This document shows positions 12,998-26,344 of a stretch of DNA of 64,000 nucleotides, piece by piece (positions within the stretch are counted from its first letter, which is position 1; every line of letters begins with the position of its first letter). The stretch covers positions 47,184,001 through 47,248,000 of the forward strand of contig NC_045707.1 of assembly GCF_009834535.1 (NCBI RefSeq), read 5' to 3'. The stretch is from Camelus ferus. Taxonomy: Eukaryota. Made by a program: the position numbers and the translations under genes. A model generated the notes under the pieces. The model was not told the origin of the DNA. It saw nothing but the letters and a program-made list of their open reading frames with translations, and made no database searches.

Positions 12998-13316
12998 GTG
13001 GGTACTAATGTGTTCCCTCAGATTCATCTGTTAAAACCTAACCCCTAATGTGATGGTATTAGGAGGTGTGGCCTTTGGGAGGTGATTAGGTCATGAGAGT
13101 GGAGCCCTTATGAAAGAGACTCCCTTGCCCCTTCCACCTGATAAGACACGAGAGAAGATAGCCATTTATGAACCAGGAAGCTAGTTCTCACCAGACACCG
13201 AATCTGCTGGCACCTTAATCTTGGACTTCCAGCCTCCAGAACTGTGAGAAATAAATTTTTGTTGTTTATAAGCCACCCAAACTATGGCATTTTTGTTATA
13301 GTGCAGACTAAGACCA
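12998..13316 (+). mobile_element. MaLR solo LTR, MLT1A-like
   Basis: 'gtgatggtattaggaggtgtggcctttgggaggtgattaggtcatgag' and 'ggacttccagcctccagaactgtgagaaataaa'. Confidence 0.9.
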
Positions 13317-13567
13317 GGGGCATCCTCATTACTGCTTCCAGACCATTGCTCTCTGCTCCCTGCTCCTCAGCTCTCCTCACCAGCTCTGACTATCAAGTCT
13401 TCAGACTCTTTCCCACCTTGTAGTCTTCTACTGCCTGCTTCTTCCAACACACACCCACATTCCTTAAGATTACAGCTCCAGATCCCTCTCTCCCACAGTA
13501 CTCCTGTCATACTTCATGATGATTGTTTTATCCTCATAGCTTATTTTTCAGTATCTGGTCTTGGTTT

Positions 13568-13662
13568 ATTTATTTATTTTTTGTGGTGGAGGAAAATGCA
13601 GCTTTATTGTGAGACTCCAATATAAGGAGAATGTGTAGCTTGTGCTCTAAAACTCCAAACTC
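13568..13662 (-). pseudogene. Short polyadenylated retrocopy of an LTR-like transcript 3' end
   Basis: Minus strand reads ...ctcacAATAAAgctgcattttcctccaccac plus an A-rich tail. TSD tcttggttt at 13559-13567 and 13663-13671. Confidence 0.75.
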
Positions 13663-14774
13663 TCTTGGTTTTGTTTGGATTCCCCTCCTCCAATGACCTT
13701 GCCCCACTCCAGTGATCAGTCCTTAGATGTGGTCACTACTAATACCATGGCCTGTCCCTAATCTCAGTCTCAAGTACTAGCTATTGTTGTTACTATTATT
13801 ATTATTTTTATAGAATTGTTGAATTGGACTACTCACCAGTTGAGTGACCATAGGCACATAAGTTACATTCTTTCAGCCCGCTTAGTTCTAGCCAGTGTCT
13901 GTCGAGTAGGGGAGTTGAGATCAGATATTGGTGATGGGATATGGGGAAGAGAAGCAAGAGGAGCTGAGCAATGAAGGGATTAAGGGCTTCGAATTAAGCT
14001 GTGAAGAAAGAGGTAAAGCTGAGAGAGCGGTGGAGTATAAAACAATATTCTATTCTGGACTGAAAGGATGGCAGACCTGCCTGTCAGAAGGTGGGGAAGT
14101 TGGCTAAGAAACAGTAAATAGATTATAAACTAGAGGCTTGCAGGGCCAGCAGGGGTGGAACAGAGAGATTAAAGGCAGCCCCAGGGATCCAGAGAAGAAA
14201 ATGTTCCAGCGCACACAGTAGGGGCTGAATAAATATTTACTGAATAAATGAGTAAAGTTATATGACTCCATGCTTAGGGTTTTGTTGTTTTCTCAACCTG
14301 ATTTGGACTGAGAAAGTGCAAGGGTGTCACATTTTAGGCAGGTATGGGGGTGAGCAAGGACAAGGCTGCTGCTGGCCTATTTCTTGTGCAAATTAGAAGC
14401 AGCTCCAGATCTGGGCTGATGGATTAGAAAAGGGCATCTACTTTTTCAAGTTCTAAGCAACTTTGTGTCAGCAAGTGTGGTTTGGATTTCAGCACTGCCA
14501 CCCTTGTGCCTCGGTTTAGGTCAGGTTGGTGATGATAATGTGGGAAGGTTCTCAAGTCCATTCTTGAACCGCTCCCCCTGCCCCCAACCCCAAGTGGTCT
14601 TCAGACTCTTTGGGCCTGGGCTCCTGCAATCTCTGAAGCCAAAAATTCTTCTCTTAACCTGTCTGCTGTGACCTCCCTTTTGCTGTAACAATTGAGCCCG
14701 AGGTCTAGTGAAATGAAGATTTGGGGCTGTGAGTAAAAGATTTCTCTCCTCTTGCTGGGAGAAAATAAAGGAAA

Positions 14775-14990
14775 GTGACACGGATTTATGATGGACTTCT
14801 CTTTACTTTCTGTGTCAGACATCGTTATAGACGCTTACCACATTTTCCATCCTCAAGACAATCTTCCCAGGCAAATAGTAATTGCCATTATTCTTACTGA
14901 GGTCCAAAGAGAGCCTACACCCTGGGCCAGGCACGGAGTGAGGAGTGAAGTTAAGATTCAAACTCAGGTTATGCCCTGTGCCACGTGGTT
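14775..14990 (-). mobile_element. MIR SINE
   Basis: 'catcctcaagacaatctt', 'tactgaggtccaaagagag' and 'gattcaaactcagg'. Confidence 0.6.
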
Positions 14991-15746
14991 GCAGCATTTT
15001 CTTCTGGTGAAATACATTGCTAGATGTAAACTCATGGAAGTTAGGCACTGTATTATTTTTTCAACTTTGTATCCTCAGAGCTCAGGGTCATCTCTGATGT
15101 TAACAAAATGCTAAATAAAGGTCGGGACGGTTGTACTGAATGTAAGTGAGTAAGGGCTGCTGACCTCCAGCCTTTCCCCCTCTCCCTGTAGTCATGTTCA
15201 CCCTGGGCTCAGCCATCAGGAGGCTGTCTTCATAATTTGCCCTTCCAGCTTCCCCTCTGAAGGAAGTGATTCTCATTATGGGAATCTGCCCCATCCACTG
15301 AGCTCTAGTCATCTGACCCCCAAGGGAGATCTGGAAACATTCTTTTCCTAGTGGCTCCCATTGATCCTGGGGGCTAACAGTTTCCGTTATTGTCTACTCT
15401 TGCTCTTACTTGGTTTTCATATCCCCAGGTATATTTAAGGATTCTTGAGAAAGGTGATTTTCAGTCCCTGTTTACTGACCTCAATACAGCACTATACAGT
15501 CTGGGTATCTTCAAATTATTCAATGAAATTTAACATCAATTTGGAAATAATAAATAATTAATTGTCAATTTTTAAACTTAAGTTGATATGATGCAACTCT
15601 CAACAAACTTTTAAATCTACTCCCTGGTATTAACTTTCTTTTGGTTTTCTAACTTGCCCAAGCCATAGAGCTAATAAATGGACATCTTTTAGGGTTTGGT
15701 TTGAATTGTTACTCTGTTGCTCACAAGCTGGCCCAGTTTCTTAGCC

Positions 15747-15777
<31 letters not shown>

Positions 15778-16109
15778 GACCTACCAGATTCCAGGTACTA
15801 TTCTAAGAGTTCTCCTCATCTGTAGATTGGGATAATAATAGCACGTACTTAATTCATAAGTGGTCTTGAAGATGACATGCAGGCATGTGTGCAACGTCCT
15901 TCAGATGGAGGCTGGAATATGATAAGCGCTCAACAATGTTAGACGGTGGTCATTTTGTTGGTCATTAGTTACTATCTTGTCTGCTGAGAAACATGACCAG
16001 CCACCAAATGCAGTGCTACCCTTGCCCTTTTCCATTTTAAATGGTCCTATTCTGAATGTTTGTGAACATGTTACAAATACTCTTTTCATCTTAAAACCTT
16101 TAAAATAAA

Positions 16110-16330
16110 CTGTTTATTTTAGGATAATTTCAGATTTACAGGAAACTTGCACGGAGGTACAGAGAGTTCACCTATATACCTTACCTGCATCTCACTTATT
16201 GTGTATATTTCTCACTGCTAAGAAGCCAACATTGGTACTTGACTATAACTAAATCCCAGACTTTTTCATATTTCAGTAATGTCCTTTTTCTGTTCCAAGA
16301 TCCAGTGTAGGATACTACATTGCATTTGGG
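16110..16330 (-). mobile_element. L1 3' end (L1MC-like)
   Basis: 'ataatttcagatttacaggaaacttgca', 'tacagagagttc' and 'aatgtcctttttctgttccaagatcc'. Confidence 0.8.
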
Positions 16331-16667
16331 CAAATGCTCCCTTTCACACTTAAGCAGCAGTCACTTCTGTCAGCCTTATCTCTGTGCTCTGCGTGGAAGA
16401 ACGCCACTGGGAAGCACCTGGCATGCTCTGATTCCAGCCTCTGTAGCTTGCTGCTCTTCACCTTGTCTCACCAACCGTTTCCTTACACTCTGACAGATCC
16501 ACAGGACTGGTCTGTAACAGTGACACTTATTAGCTGTGTGACTGAGCTTAATCTTCTAGGAATCCTCAGTTTTCTCACCTGTACAATGTGGATAACAGTA
16601 ATTCCTACAGGACGCAGCATATAGTGACTCCTCCTCTAAAAATGTTAATTAAAGATGTTAATTATTG

Positions 16668-16789
16668 GGGGAGGGTATAGCTTATGTGCTATGGTAGAGT
16701 GCATGGTTAGCATGCACGAGCTCCTGGGTTCAAGTCCCAGTACCTCCTCCAAAAATAAATATGTAAATAAACCTAATTACCTCCCAACC
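16668..16789 (+). mobile_element. Vic-1-type tRNA-derived camelid SINE
   Basis: 'ggggagggtatagct...ggtagagtgcatg...cctgggttcaagtcccagtacctcc...aaataaacctaattacctccc'. TSD aaa(g/a)atgttaattattg at 16651-16667 and 16790-16806. Confidence 0.9.
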
Positions 16790-18049
16790 AAAAATGTTAA
16801 TTATTGTTTCTGCTATATCATTGTGCTTTCTTCTTCAGATCATAAACCAGCCTAACCCCTGATTCTGTCCATACTTTTTCAACCTTCTGATGTTATCGCA
16901 AGTGTTACGTGGGTTATTAGATGAGTTTGCTGACTCAGAGGCTGCTTAATTTACAGAAAAGTTTAATTGCTTCTTATTTTTTAATGCCTTTTTTTTAAAG
17001 TGCTTTGCTACTTTCCTTCCCATGTAGAAAAATTTGGGATGTACATAGTACAACGAGAGAGAATCTGAAATACCAGATTCCCAAGTTTTCTTCCAAATCC
17101 TCTCCCACCCTTTATTTTGGTCTGTCTTATTCCTAGAACTCCCACCATACTGCCTGCAAGGAAGAGGAGGCCCACCCATCCATCTGCCATAAGCTGGTAG
17201 GGGAAAAGAAACTGGCAGCTAGCGTCTAGGATAAGCGTTTTTGAGTATTTGAATCATTTTTAGTGGGATGTGCTTGGGTCATATGGTCTAATCAGGAAAT
17301 TTCATACAATCTGACATTTCCCATCAGAGTTGCTTAGAAACCTAAGGAAAGCTCTGGCTCTGAATGGTAGGACAGTAATAAATTAGGCAGTCCCAGGTCC
17401 AGCCATCTGCTTTAAGTAAATTAAGAGCATAACCCATATGGGATTTATCTAAAATAGCAATTCACTTTTTTTTTTCCATCATCTGATTTGTATTCTCTTT
17501 ATCTGGGCTCTTTAAATTGGTTTAACTTTGCAGAGAAAATCCCAGCTATCTGTATCCCCTGCTTCACGGTATCTCCCACCCTCTCTTTCCCATTCAGGCA
17601 GCCAACCTCAGTGTCTCCTATAGCCCATGAACAATGTCCTCTTTAATGGCAGATGATCTTGACATTTTATTTTGAGAGTGGCCTGATTAGAGGCTGATGC
17701 ATTTTGACTCGGCATTCTTAGTTTTGCCTCTGGAGTGCTGTCCTCCGCCCTTCTCATTTATCACCTTCCTTTACTCCCTCCCCATTTTCAGGCCCCTCTG
17801 ACCTCTCTGATCAGAGTTCCTCTCATCTGTCCTCTCAACATCATTTTTTGTTTTTGCTCTGCCCACCTAGTCATCTTCATAAGCCATTTTCTGCATGCCA
17901 CTCACTTGCTTAGATATCTGCACTGTTTACAGGATAAGCCAAATGTTTCTACCTTAAATTCCTCTCTCAAGTTCCAGCCTGCCTTTAAACCTCATCTACC
18001 TCTTAGTAGCCTTTAACTCTCACTTCACAGTCTGTTTGCTCCACTTCCT

Positions 18050-18268
18050 CCAGAGCACATTTACTTTGTCCTGCATCATTTACTTTTATTACTTTAAAAT
18101 TACAGTCTGCTTTATGTCTTTGCTTAACTGTTTGATGTTTCTAATTCGATTGTAAGCTCCTGGAAAGCAGTCTTAGACTTTTTTGTGGTCCCCATCCCAT
18201 GCTTATCACAGTTCTAGACGCTTGGAAGTGTTTGTTAAATACTGAATGAATGAATGAATGAATGAATG
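18050..18268 (+). mobile_element. L2 3' end with (TGAA)n tail
   Basis: 'gattgtaagctcctggaaagcag' followed by 'tgaatgaatgaatg'. Confidence 0.8.
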
Positions 18269-20169
18269 GACTGCTTTGTCATGGTTTTACTTCTAGTGGG
18301 GTAAGACAAATAGTTAAGGCGAATAAATAAGATATATAGTAGGTGAGAGGGTGATAGGCTATGAAAAGAATTAAGTAGAGGAAGAATGGGGTTACAAGTG
18401 TAAATAAGATAGTCAGGAAAGACTTCCTGGGAAATAACCTTTAGGTAAAGATGTCATCGTGGTGATTCTGAATTCTATAAGGCAGAGGTTTAATCAGTAA
18501 AAAATTCTTTCCAGAGTATAACATAGTAACATGCATGTGTTTGATTGATGTAGTTGGAATGGCATATATCAGGGTGTCACCAAAGGCATGGAATATCATT
18601 CAAATGATATTTTTGACTAAAGATTATGTTGCCCTAGAGGGGACAAAGCCACTCATTTAAATCCTCACCTCAAACTGCACACAGTACAGAAAACAGAAAA
18701 GCAAGAGCTTTGTGACACAGTAATTGTTTAGAATAGATACGGTTAAAGTGCAGGAAAACAGTAAAGACAAAGCTAAAGCGAAAATTAAATGGAATGCCAT
18801 GCCGAGGGTTCGCTGTCTCCCTCAAGCCTTCATGGAGGACCAGAGCAATTGAGCTGGAGCTTAATTCAGCAGGGCCAGCCCAGGATGGCCCAAGGATGCT
18901 GGAGAAGGGAGGTTATCTGGGATTTGAGAGGATTATGGGGTCGAGGCCCGTGAAAGAGGGTCTATCACCTAGCAGATGGGAAGCAGCTGTCTACAGGCTG
19001 CCAGGGAGCTCTCAGAGGACTACTTGGGTTTCCATGTGAAGAATCACTTCAACCTGGAAAGTTCATCAACATTGAATGACCCAGGAGCCTTCAAAAGTTT
19101 ATTCTTTTTCACCTCTTAATTTCGCAGCTAGGAATCTAGCCTAAGGAAATGTTCAGAGATGTAAATGCAGGGTTGTGTACTAAAAGTTCAGTCAGTGTTC
19201 TTCCACACAGTAGTATTTGTGCAGTCATAAAAAATGCTTTCAAAATGGCATAGAAAAATACACTTACTATAATGAGCAAAATTTTAAAGAGCAAAATTCC
19301 ATACTGTATGTATCATTGCAAATGTGTAAAAATAAAATTATATTCATTCATTTATTCACCATTTACTAGCACATAGATGGTTCAGACACTGTAGGTGCTG
19401 AAGAGATGAATTTTGATGTGCATGTGTGTGTATGTGTGTGTTCATGGAAAAAAAGACTGCAAAGAAATACTAAACATTTACAATGGTTCTAAGTGATTGA
19501 TTTACTATACTTTTAACTTTATTCTTTGTATTTTCTCTAATTTCCATATTTCCTGAAGGGTATATGTATTTCTTTTAGACTGGAAAAAGCAAACATGATT
19601 ATGAGTATGGGGGCATCATTAAACGTGGAGGTTCCCAAGTAAGTAAAATCATTGAGGGTCTTTCCCTTTATTAATGTAAGGTGCAAAGCCACCTAACTTA
19701 GGAAAGGTTGCATTTTACTGCAGGCAGCTCACTGGACCAGCAGAGCACTCCTCCCCCCACCAGTGTCCAAAGGTTTCTCGTTTCTGGAGGAGGCCAGCCT
19801 AAACCAGCAGAGCAGGTTTGGAGCAGTGAGACGCAGTGGAATAGAGTAGATTAGAATCTGGGATTGATTAGCACGCTTGCAGCTGGACAAATGGACCACT
19901 TGAGTGGCCTCATCTAGGCCAGCCCTGAGGAGAGTCTGCGGTTCTGTCACAGGAAGACGCAGAATCTGACACCCCAGCAAGGAAACAAAGCAATGTGAAG
20001 GAAAAAAGAGGCTTTTGTGCCAAACAAGGTTTCTAGGCAACTTACTCATTTGACTACTTCCACGTCCCCAACCCTTCAGCTTTGCTGACCTTTAGAACCT
20101 GTCTGATAAGCTCATCAGATTTCCGCAATGAAAGCTGACGCATGCAGAGGAGGTGGATCAACATTAGGC

Positions 20170-20580
20170 TCCTGCCTCACTTTCCAGCCTCATCTCCATC
20201 ATTCCGCCCTGTGTTCTTATCCTAACAAAAAATGGCCTTGGTGTCCCTAGACTTTCCTGTTTCAGCTTCTGCCCATGCTGGTCCCTCTGTCTGGATCCCC
20301 TTTTCTGGACCTGACAGCCTCTTCCTGATTCAGTTTAAGTTTCACTTCCCTGGGGACCCCTTTCTTGTACCACCATTTGCTCTAACTCTCTTCCACTTCC
20401 CCTAGTGAAGGGCAGAGTACCACATGTATACCTCCATGACAAGGATCTTATTTCTTTAGAAGTCTGTGTGAGCTCCCTGAGGGAAATGGTGTTTTCTTAT
20501 TCATCTTTATTCTTAGTGTCTAGCCTGTATCTGACCCACAGTGGGGGCTCAAAAAATGTGTATTTGAACCAATGAATTTT
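20170..20580 (+). mobile_element. L2 3' fragment
   Basis: 'ttccagcctcatctcc', 'gtgagctccctgaggg' and 'ggctcaaaaaatgtgtatttgaa'. Confidence 0.7.
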
Positions 20581-21733
20581 CAGTGTAGGATATACATAGC
20601 TTCTTAGGAGCCCAAAATGAATGTTGAGTTCCATCTGTCTATCAATCCATCTGTCCATCCATCCATCTATCCAACAACCCTTATCAAATGCGTACTATGA
20701 GCTAGCACTGAGACAGACAAGGCCACTGTTGTCATGAAAGTTATAACCGAAAGGGAAGACATATTGAACAAATAATTACAGCTTTATTTTACCCCATAGT
20801 ACCTGTCATGAGATCCATATTTTTGTTTATTGTCTGTCTCTGATACTAAACTATAATAAGCTATGGGAGGGCAGGGGCTTTATCTTGTTTGCCGCAGTGC
20901 CTAAAACAGTGCCTGCCACTTTGTATGTACTTGATTAATATTTGTTAACGGAACAGACCAGTACTGTATATGGTCCCATTTAAAACAACTAAGGATGGGA
21001 ATTTGTGATGTTTAAAACATGCATTAAAACCACCTACTTTCAGGCATCTTTCAAATGAAAAATGATTAAATACTAACATCCGACATGATGCATTGTGGTG
21101 ACAATTTATGTCTCATTCCCAACTTCAGTTAGAATGTCTGAAATATTCGGTCAAGCTGACACCAAAGAACTATGTGATAAAAACTTGATGAGTGCTTTTC
21201 AGTTTTAGATTAATTTTGTGATTCTCCTGGGTGATTTCAGGGAAAGGTTTTTTTTGATCCTGACCACGTGTTGATAATAGAAGACACGAAATAGAAGGTG
21301 TTGGGTCAGCAAGGAATAGCTGTGATAACAGTCCTAACCTGTGAGAAAAGGGTATTCTATACAGCAGTGTCCACCTTGCATTATAGTTCTATTTGGCTGA
21401 CAAAACAAACAAAACAAAACAAAAAAACAGGTGACTATTCTACTGCTGTCCAATCTCCCTTCCCTTGGAACCCCCATTCCCAACTAGGGGCCTGGGTAGC
21501 TGGGCCAGGGTTAGACCTTGGTGTGCTGTGAGCTTGCATTGTTGGTGGGAAAGAGCAGGTATCCTTCGGGGATTGTCCTGCAAGGCGGGGAGACTGGGAG
21601 GCCTTATCCAGGAGAGAAACCAAAACCTGGCCCCGAGAGCTGGAGAATCCAGGCGAGGCTGGAATCCATGGAAACCAGATTAGAGAAAGGAGGAGAGAGA
21701 GAGAGAGAGAGTGCGAGAATATGAATTAGAAAT

Positions 21734-22123
21734 ATGAATTAGAGTCTTGGGGCTGCTGTAACATGGTACCACAAACTGGTGGCTTAAACAACAGAAATGT
21801 ATTGTCTCAGTTCTAGAGGCTAGCAGAATTGGTTTCTTTTGAAGGAGGATCAGTTCTAAACCTCTCTCGTAGCTTCTGGTATCCTCAGGCACTCCTTGGC
21901 TTGTAGATGGCATCCTCCCTTTGTCTTCATGCTGTCTTCCCTCTGTTTGTGTCTCTCTCTGTGTCCAAATTTCCCCTTTTTATAACTTCACCAGTCATGT
22001 TGGATTAGGGCCCACCCTAATGACCTTACTTTAACCTGATCATCTGCAAGAATCGTATTTCCAAATAAGGTCACATTCATAGGACTTCAATATCTTTTGC
22101 AGGGACAGAACTCAACCCATAGA
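21734..22123 (-). mobile_element. MaLR solo LTR, MLT1C-like
   Basis: 'gggctgctgtaaca', 'ggcttaaacaacagaaa', 'ggattagggcccaccctaatgacct' and 'tttccaaataaggtcacattc'. Confidence 0.85.
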
Positions 22124-22449
22124 AGAGAGATGAGAGAGTGGATGGATGGAGGGTAGCCTGGAGAATTTCTAGAATAGCTGGAACATAGCATAGCATAGCA
22201 TAGCACAGGGACTTTTCATAGGAACTAGGCAGCCCCAGCCAGGTTAGAGGAGGGCAAGAGAGATGCTCAGCTTGGACACACACCAATAATGAAACCAAAG
22301 AAAAAAAATCCTCTTGAAGTGGATGGAGCTTTGAGGGAAGAAACACAGCACATAGCCACAATACTGTTTTATTTCTGGGGGAAGAAAAGGTGGGGGGACG
22401 TCAGATCTGCGTCAAATCATCAGAAGTAATTTGGTGACTTGGGAAGTAT

Positions 22450-22645
22450 ATTGGCTCACAGTGGGTCACATGCCACTCCTCTAGTGCTAGTTGTGTGACC
22501 TTGCTTAACCTCTCAGGACCTTAATTTCCTCATCTGTAAAATGAGAACAGTAAACTCAGACTCCCAGGGTGTTTGTGAAGATTACGTGAGATTAGATGTG
22601 AAAAGCACCTGCTCTTAGAAGGCAGAACTCAACAAAAGTCAGTTC
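22450..22645 (+). mobile_element. MIR SINE
   Basis: 'tgtgtgaccttgcttaacctctc' and 'tttcctcatctgtaaaatgag'. Confidence 0.8.
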
Positions 22646-24520
22646 CCCATTTTCCTTTTCTCTAGAGAGAGTTTCTCTTCAAGAAGATGATTTCTTGTTT
22701 TTAATATAATATTAGAGTTTAAAAAAATCCTTTTATAAAGATACGGTAACAGATATCTAAAATGCCTTATGGTTGGTTAGATTCTCCTATCTTATTCAGG
22801 ATGTTAGGGAAAATGGTAAGATGAAAATGCAGCTAGAACCATCCTATTCTACTCTGGTCATTAGGGTGGGAGGCCAGGAGGATGGGATTACAGGGATCTT
22901 CCTGCTGAGTTACTGTTTTCAGATGGAGCCTTTGATCCAACATACAGTAGAAAATCTCTGCTAGATCTATAGACCAGCAATCACTAATTTAAAAAAATCT
23001 GTAAAACTTTATAATCATAAAGGATATGATGCCTACATGTTGTAAATATTTTTATACAATTCACAACATATAATGTAGATTCATTTGCCTAGTTTTGGTT
23101 TCTGCCTCAAAACTGAGGTTTTCTTTCAGGATGGGCTGGCCAATTTAAGCTGTAGTCTGTCTTTTTTGTGCAAACTGTTTCCATAAAGTATTATCCACAT
23201 TTTTTAGTTTTGAGTGTAGAATCTTAGTAGATTTTTCTCTCCTTAAACTTTTAGAGTTTCCTAGCACCCCAATCTGATATTTTTAATGATTTATATTACC
23301 AACTTTCCTAATATATTCAACTTGTGTTTATAAAATAACAACTCTTGTTTTGCATTCCTATTTTATTAGCTTATACAATATTAAATTAAATTGAAAATTA
23401 TAATAGCAATGAAAATGAACATAAGTGGGAGTGGGAACAAAGTCAACTGAGTCTTAGAAATCATACTGCTCAGTTGGTGGGAGCAGAAGCAGACACACAA
23501 ATGAAGACCCTTCCAGCTGTACCCTTTCAGTATGTTTTAGAGAGGAAATGGAGACCACATCAATCCAATGAGTAAGTTAAGTAAAGATGGGTTCAAGTGT
23601 TTTCACTGCATGAGCTAAAAATGGAACCCATAATGGTTCAACTGTTGGTAGATTTTGGTATCTCTCTCTAGTAAGATTTTGGTGTAAGTTAGGAGTACCA
23701 CCACCATCATTTCAACAACAGATCACATATATCAGAATTAAATCACTCTTCGGAACTACATTATATGTGTAATTGGGTAACATTTTTATATCTAAGCATC
23801 TTTCATTTTATTCATAATTCAACTTGTTCAACAATCTAACAAATATTTATTGACTGCCTACTATTGCTGGGTGTTGGAATACAACATAAATAAGGTTTGG
23901 TCCTTTGCTCTTGCAGAACTTACAGTCTGGTGAGGCAGCCAGGTCAGTAAATGGGCAGTTGTCAAGCAGCTGGTTGGCATGAAGGATAAATCAAGAGAGT
24001 GACATTGAACATTCCATACTGCGAATCTCTGTGCCTTGTGGAAGTCACCAGAGAGCATGCATGGGTTCAGGGTTAACAGACATCTGTGAAGCACCTTCTG
24101 AGTGCTCTCACAAGCTCTGATTTAGACACTGGGGTTGCAAAGATGAATAATTCAGTCCTGTATTCACGATATCCACATAGGTGATTGTAGTAACCTGAGT
24201 ACCCTGTAGTAAGTGCTGGCTTTTGGATCTGCACTGGGTCTTCGGGGAGCATCAGGCAGAGATGGTGGGGACAGGAAGCTTCCTACAGGAGGTAAAGAAG
24301 CTCCTCTAGGTTGTAAGCATTCTGTGAGCAGAGGCCTAACTTTTGCTTGTTGCCCTCTCCACCCTGGGACAATGTTTTGTACTCAATCAGCATTTGAATG
24401 AGTGAATGAACTGAAGGAAGAATAGGAGTTAACTCTTGGCTCTGTGCTGGGAATACAAAGATGAGACTTGGCCTTTACCCTCATTGAGGAGATAATAAAA
24501 TCTCATTTCTGGCTGGATCC

Positions 24521-25020
24521 TGATAACATATCAGCAATGTAAAACCCTGGGCACACCTTTCTAATGAGTGGTGCTCCACATTGCACCAACAAACACCTGT
24601 CAATTCTAGGGAGGACAATGGGTGGTTAAGGAAGCAGGAGACTGAGCAAGACCAGCTCCAACCCTGGTGATAAAAAGGCATCATTCAGATTGGCTTGAAT
24701 CATAGTTGTGCTGGGAAACCATCAATACTCGACCCAAGAGTGTGGGTCATACAGCTGGGAGCAGGCTACTGGGCATAGCGAGCAGTTTCAGCTGAGGAGC
24801 CCCCAAGTGCTTTTTCAAATATTGACTACCCTTTCAAAATTTTCCTCTGTACCACCTAGCCCCTCGCCACAAGGGAAGTGGCCAGTAGCAATGCTCACAG
24901 CAACATCAGTTACGGTCGAAGCCTGGAGTTGCTGGCTGGTGGTTTGCTCCAGGTGACTAGAACTTTTAAGCTAGCCTCTAGGAACTGGTGAGTTTGAATG
25001 AGGTCTCTCAGTGTGTTACA
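24521..25020. mobile_element. Possible ancient solo LTR (unclassified)
   Basis: 500-bp block starting TGATAACA and ending TGTTACA (TG...CA inverted termini). No TSD seen and family not recognised. Confidence 0.3.
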
Positions 25021-25812
25021 ATTGCTACTGCCTTTGCTCTAATTCCTCAAACTCTCAATTCCTGAACTACCAAAGGCAGCTGAAGTTGGTCGAGCGGCTG
25101 GTAGAGCAGGGGGCCACCAGGCTAGGCAGGATGCCATGGATATGTAATTTATGTCAATTTAGTGTGGCTAGTGCCACAATCAGCATAATAGAAAGTCCTG
25201 CAGCTGTGTCAGTTTTCTCCAATATTATGAAAAAACAAGCTGGGGTAGAAGGAGGTACGGGGTTTTGCCTCAGGGCACACAGTCAGTTAGGGGCTGAAAT
25301 ACTCCATTCTTCTGTAACCAGCGAATCAGATTGTGAATCTGTACCAGAAAGAGAAAGGCCAGACCTTCTTCTAAGCAGGACATCTTTACATTTTTTGCCA
25401 TTTCTTCTTAAGAATGCTCTTCTTTTTTTCCTCCCTCAGTAACAACTTTTTCCAAGTTCTCATTGCCATGTGTAATCTTGGGAATCCACATGTCAGACTC
25501 ATGTAGAATTACAGTTTCGATATCCACTCGTGTCCTCTACATACCCTCACCCTTGCCCAGCTGGAGGGTCACATTCCAGTTCAGAAATAGCATCAAAGAG
25601 AAGTCACTTCTGGGATAGAGAGCAAGAGTGTAACTAGAAGTCGGGGACCTCCAAGCAATGACTAATGCAGCAGACAGGCTTCTCTTTGTCCATTGTTAAC
25701 TGAGGGTGAATAGCTCTCCAGGCCCCTGTTACTACCTCTAGAGGAGGCAGGAGGAGGCAGTGGGCAGAGGAAGTTCCTTTCAGCCTGACTCTGCCTTGAG
25801 TTATTGCCTTTT

Positions 25813-25985
25813 TATTTTCTAACTTTACTGAGATAGAATTGACCAAAAAAAAGTGAGATATGGAAAGCGTTCATTGTGATGATTTGATATATGTATACAT
25901 TGTGAAAGGATTCCTCCCATCTGGTTAATTAACACATCCATCACCACATATTTATCTTTTTCTGAGGTGGGATGAGAACATTTAA
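25813..25985 (-). mobile_element. 5'-truncated L1 3' end (L1MA-like) with TSD
   Basis: 'gatgatttgatatatgtatacattgtgaaaggattcc' and 'aacacatccatcacc'. TSD agtta(t/c)tgcctttt at 25799-25812 and 25986-25999. Confidence 0.85.
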
Positions 25986-26344
25986 AGTTACTGCCTTTTG
26001 CACTTTCTCCCACGGATGAACAAGTCCAGTCATGAATTTTTAGCAAGCAGGAACCTCTTACAGATCAGAGGTTTTGGCTCCAGCAAGTGTTCTTAAGAAA
26101 TGTCCCAAAGGCCCAAGTTAGAGGATCTCAGGTCTAGTTCTGATTCAGACTCCAGACAGCCATGTGCAACAGTGGGCATATTGACTTCATGATCTAGGTT
26201 TTGGTTTCCTTGTCTGCAAGATGATGGTGCTGGACCCTTATTAAGTCACTAAATGGAGGTCTGCATTGCTTGAAAGCATGTATTTTGTCTGTATAGTGGG
26301 TTTTTTAAAAACAAAATTTGAATTAGTGTCCATAATTTAACAAT

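Larger units (their letters stand above)
12130..13770 (+). mobile_element. L2 LINE internal fragment interrupted by three later insertions
   Basis: C-rich L2 ORF2-like remnants on both sides of the LTRs, e.g. 'actgcttccagaccatt' and 'cagtccttagatgtggtcactactaat'. Confidence 0.55.

Noticed and set aside
16668..16789. tRNA gene call for the GGTTCAA-containing elements (also 32932, 38918, 61465)
   Set aside because: Degenerate bodies, SINE tails and, for three of the four, clear TSDs identify them as SINEs rather than tRNA genes.
25011..25442. 143-aa ORF
   Set aside because: Starts at GTG, has no recognisable domain and no clear splice context.
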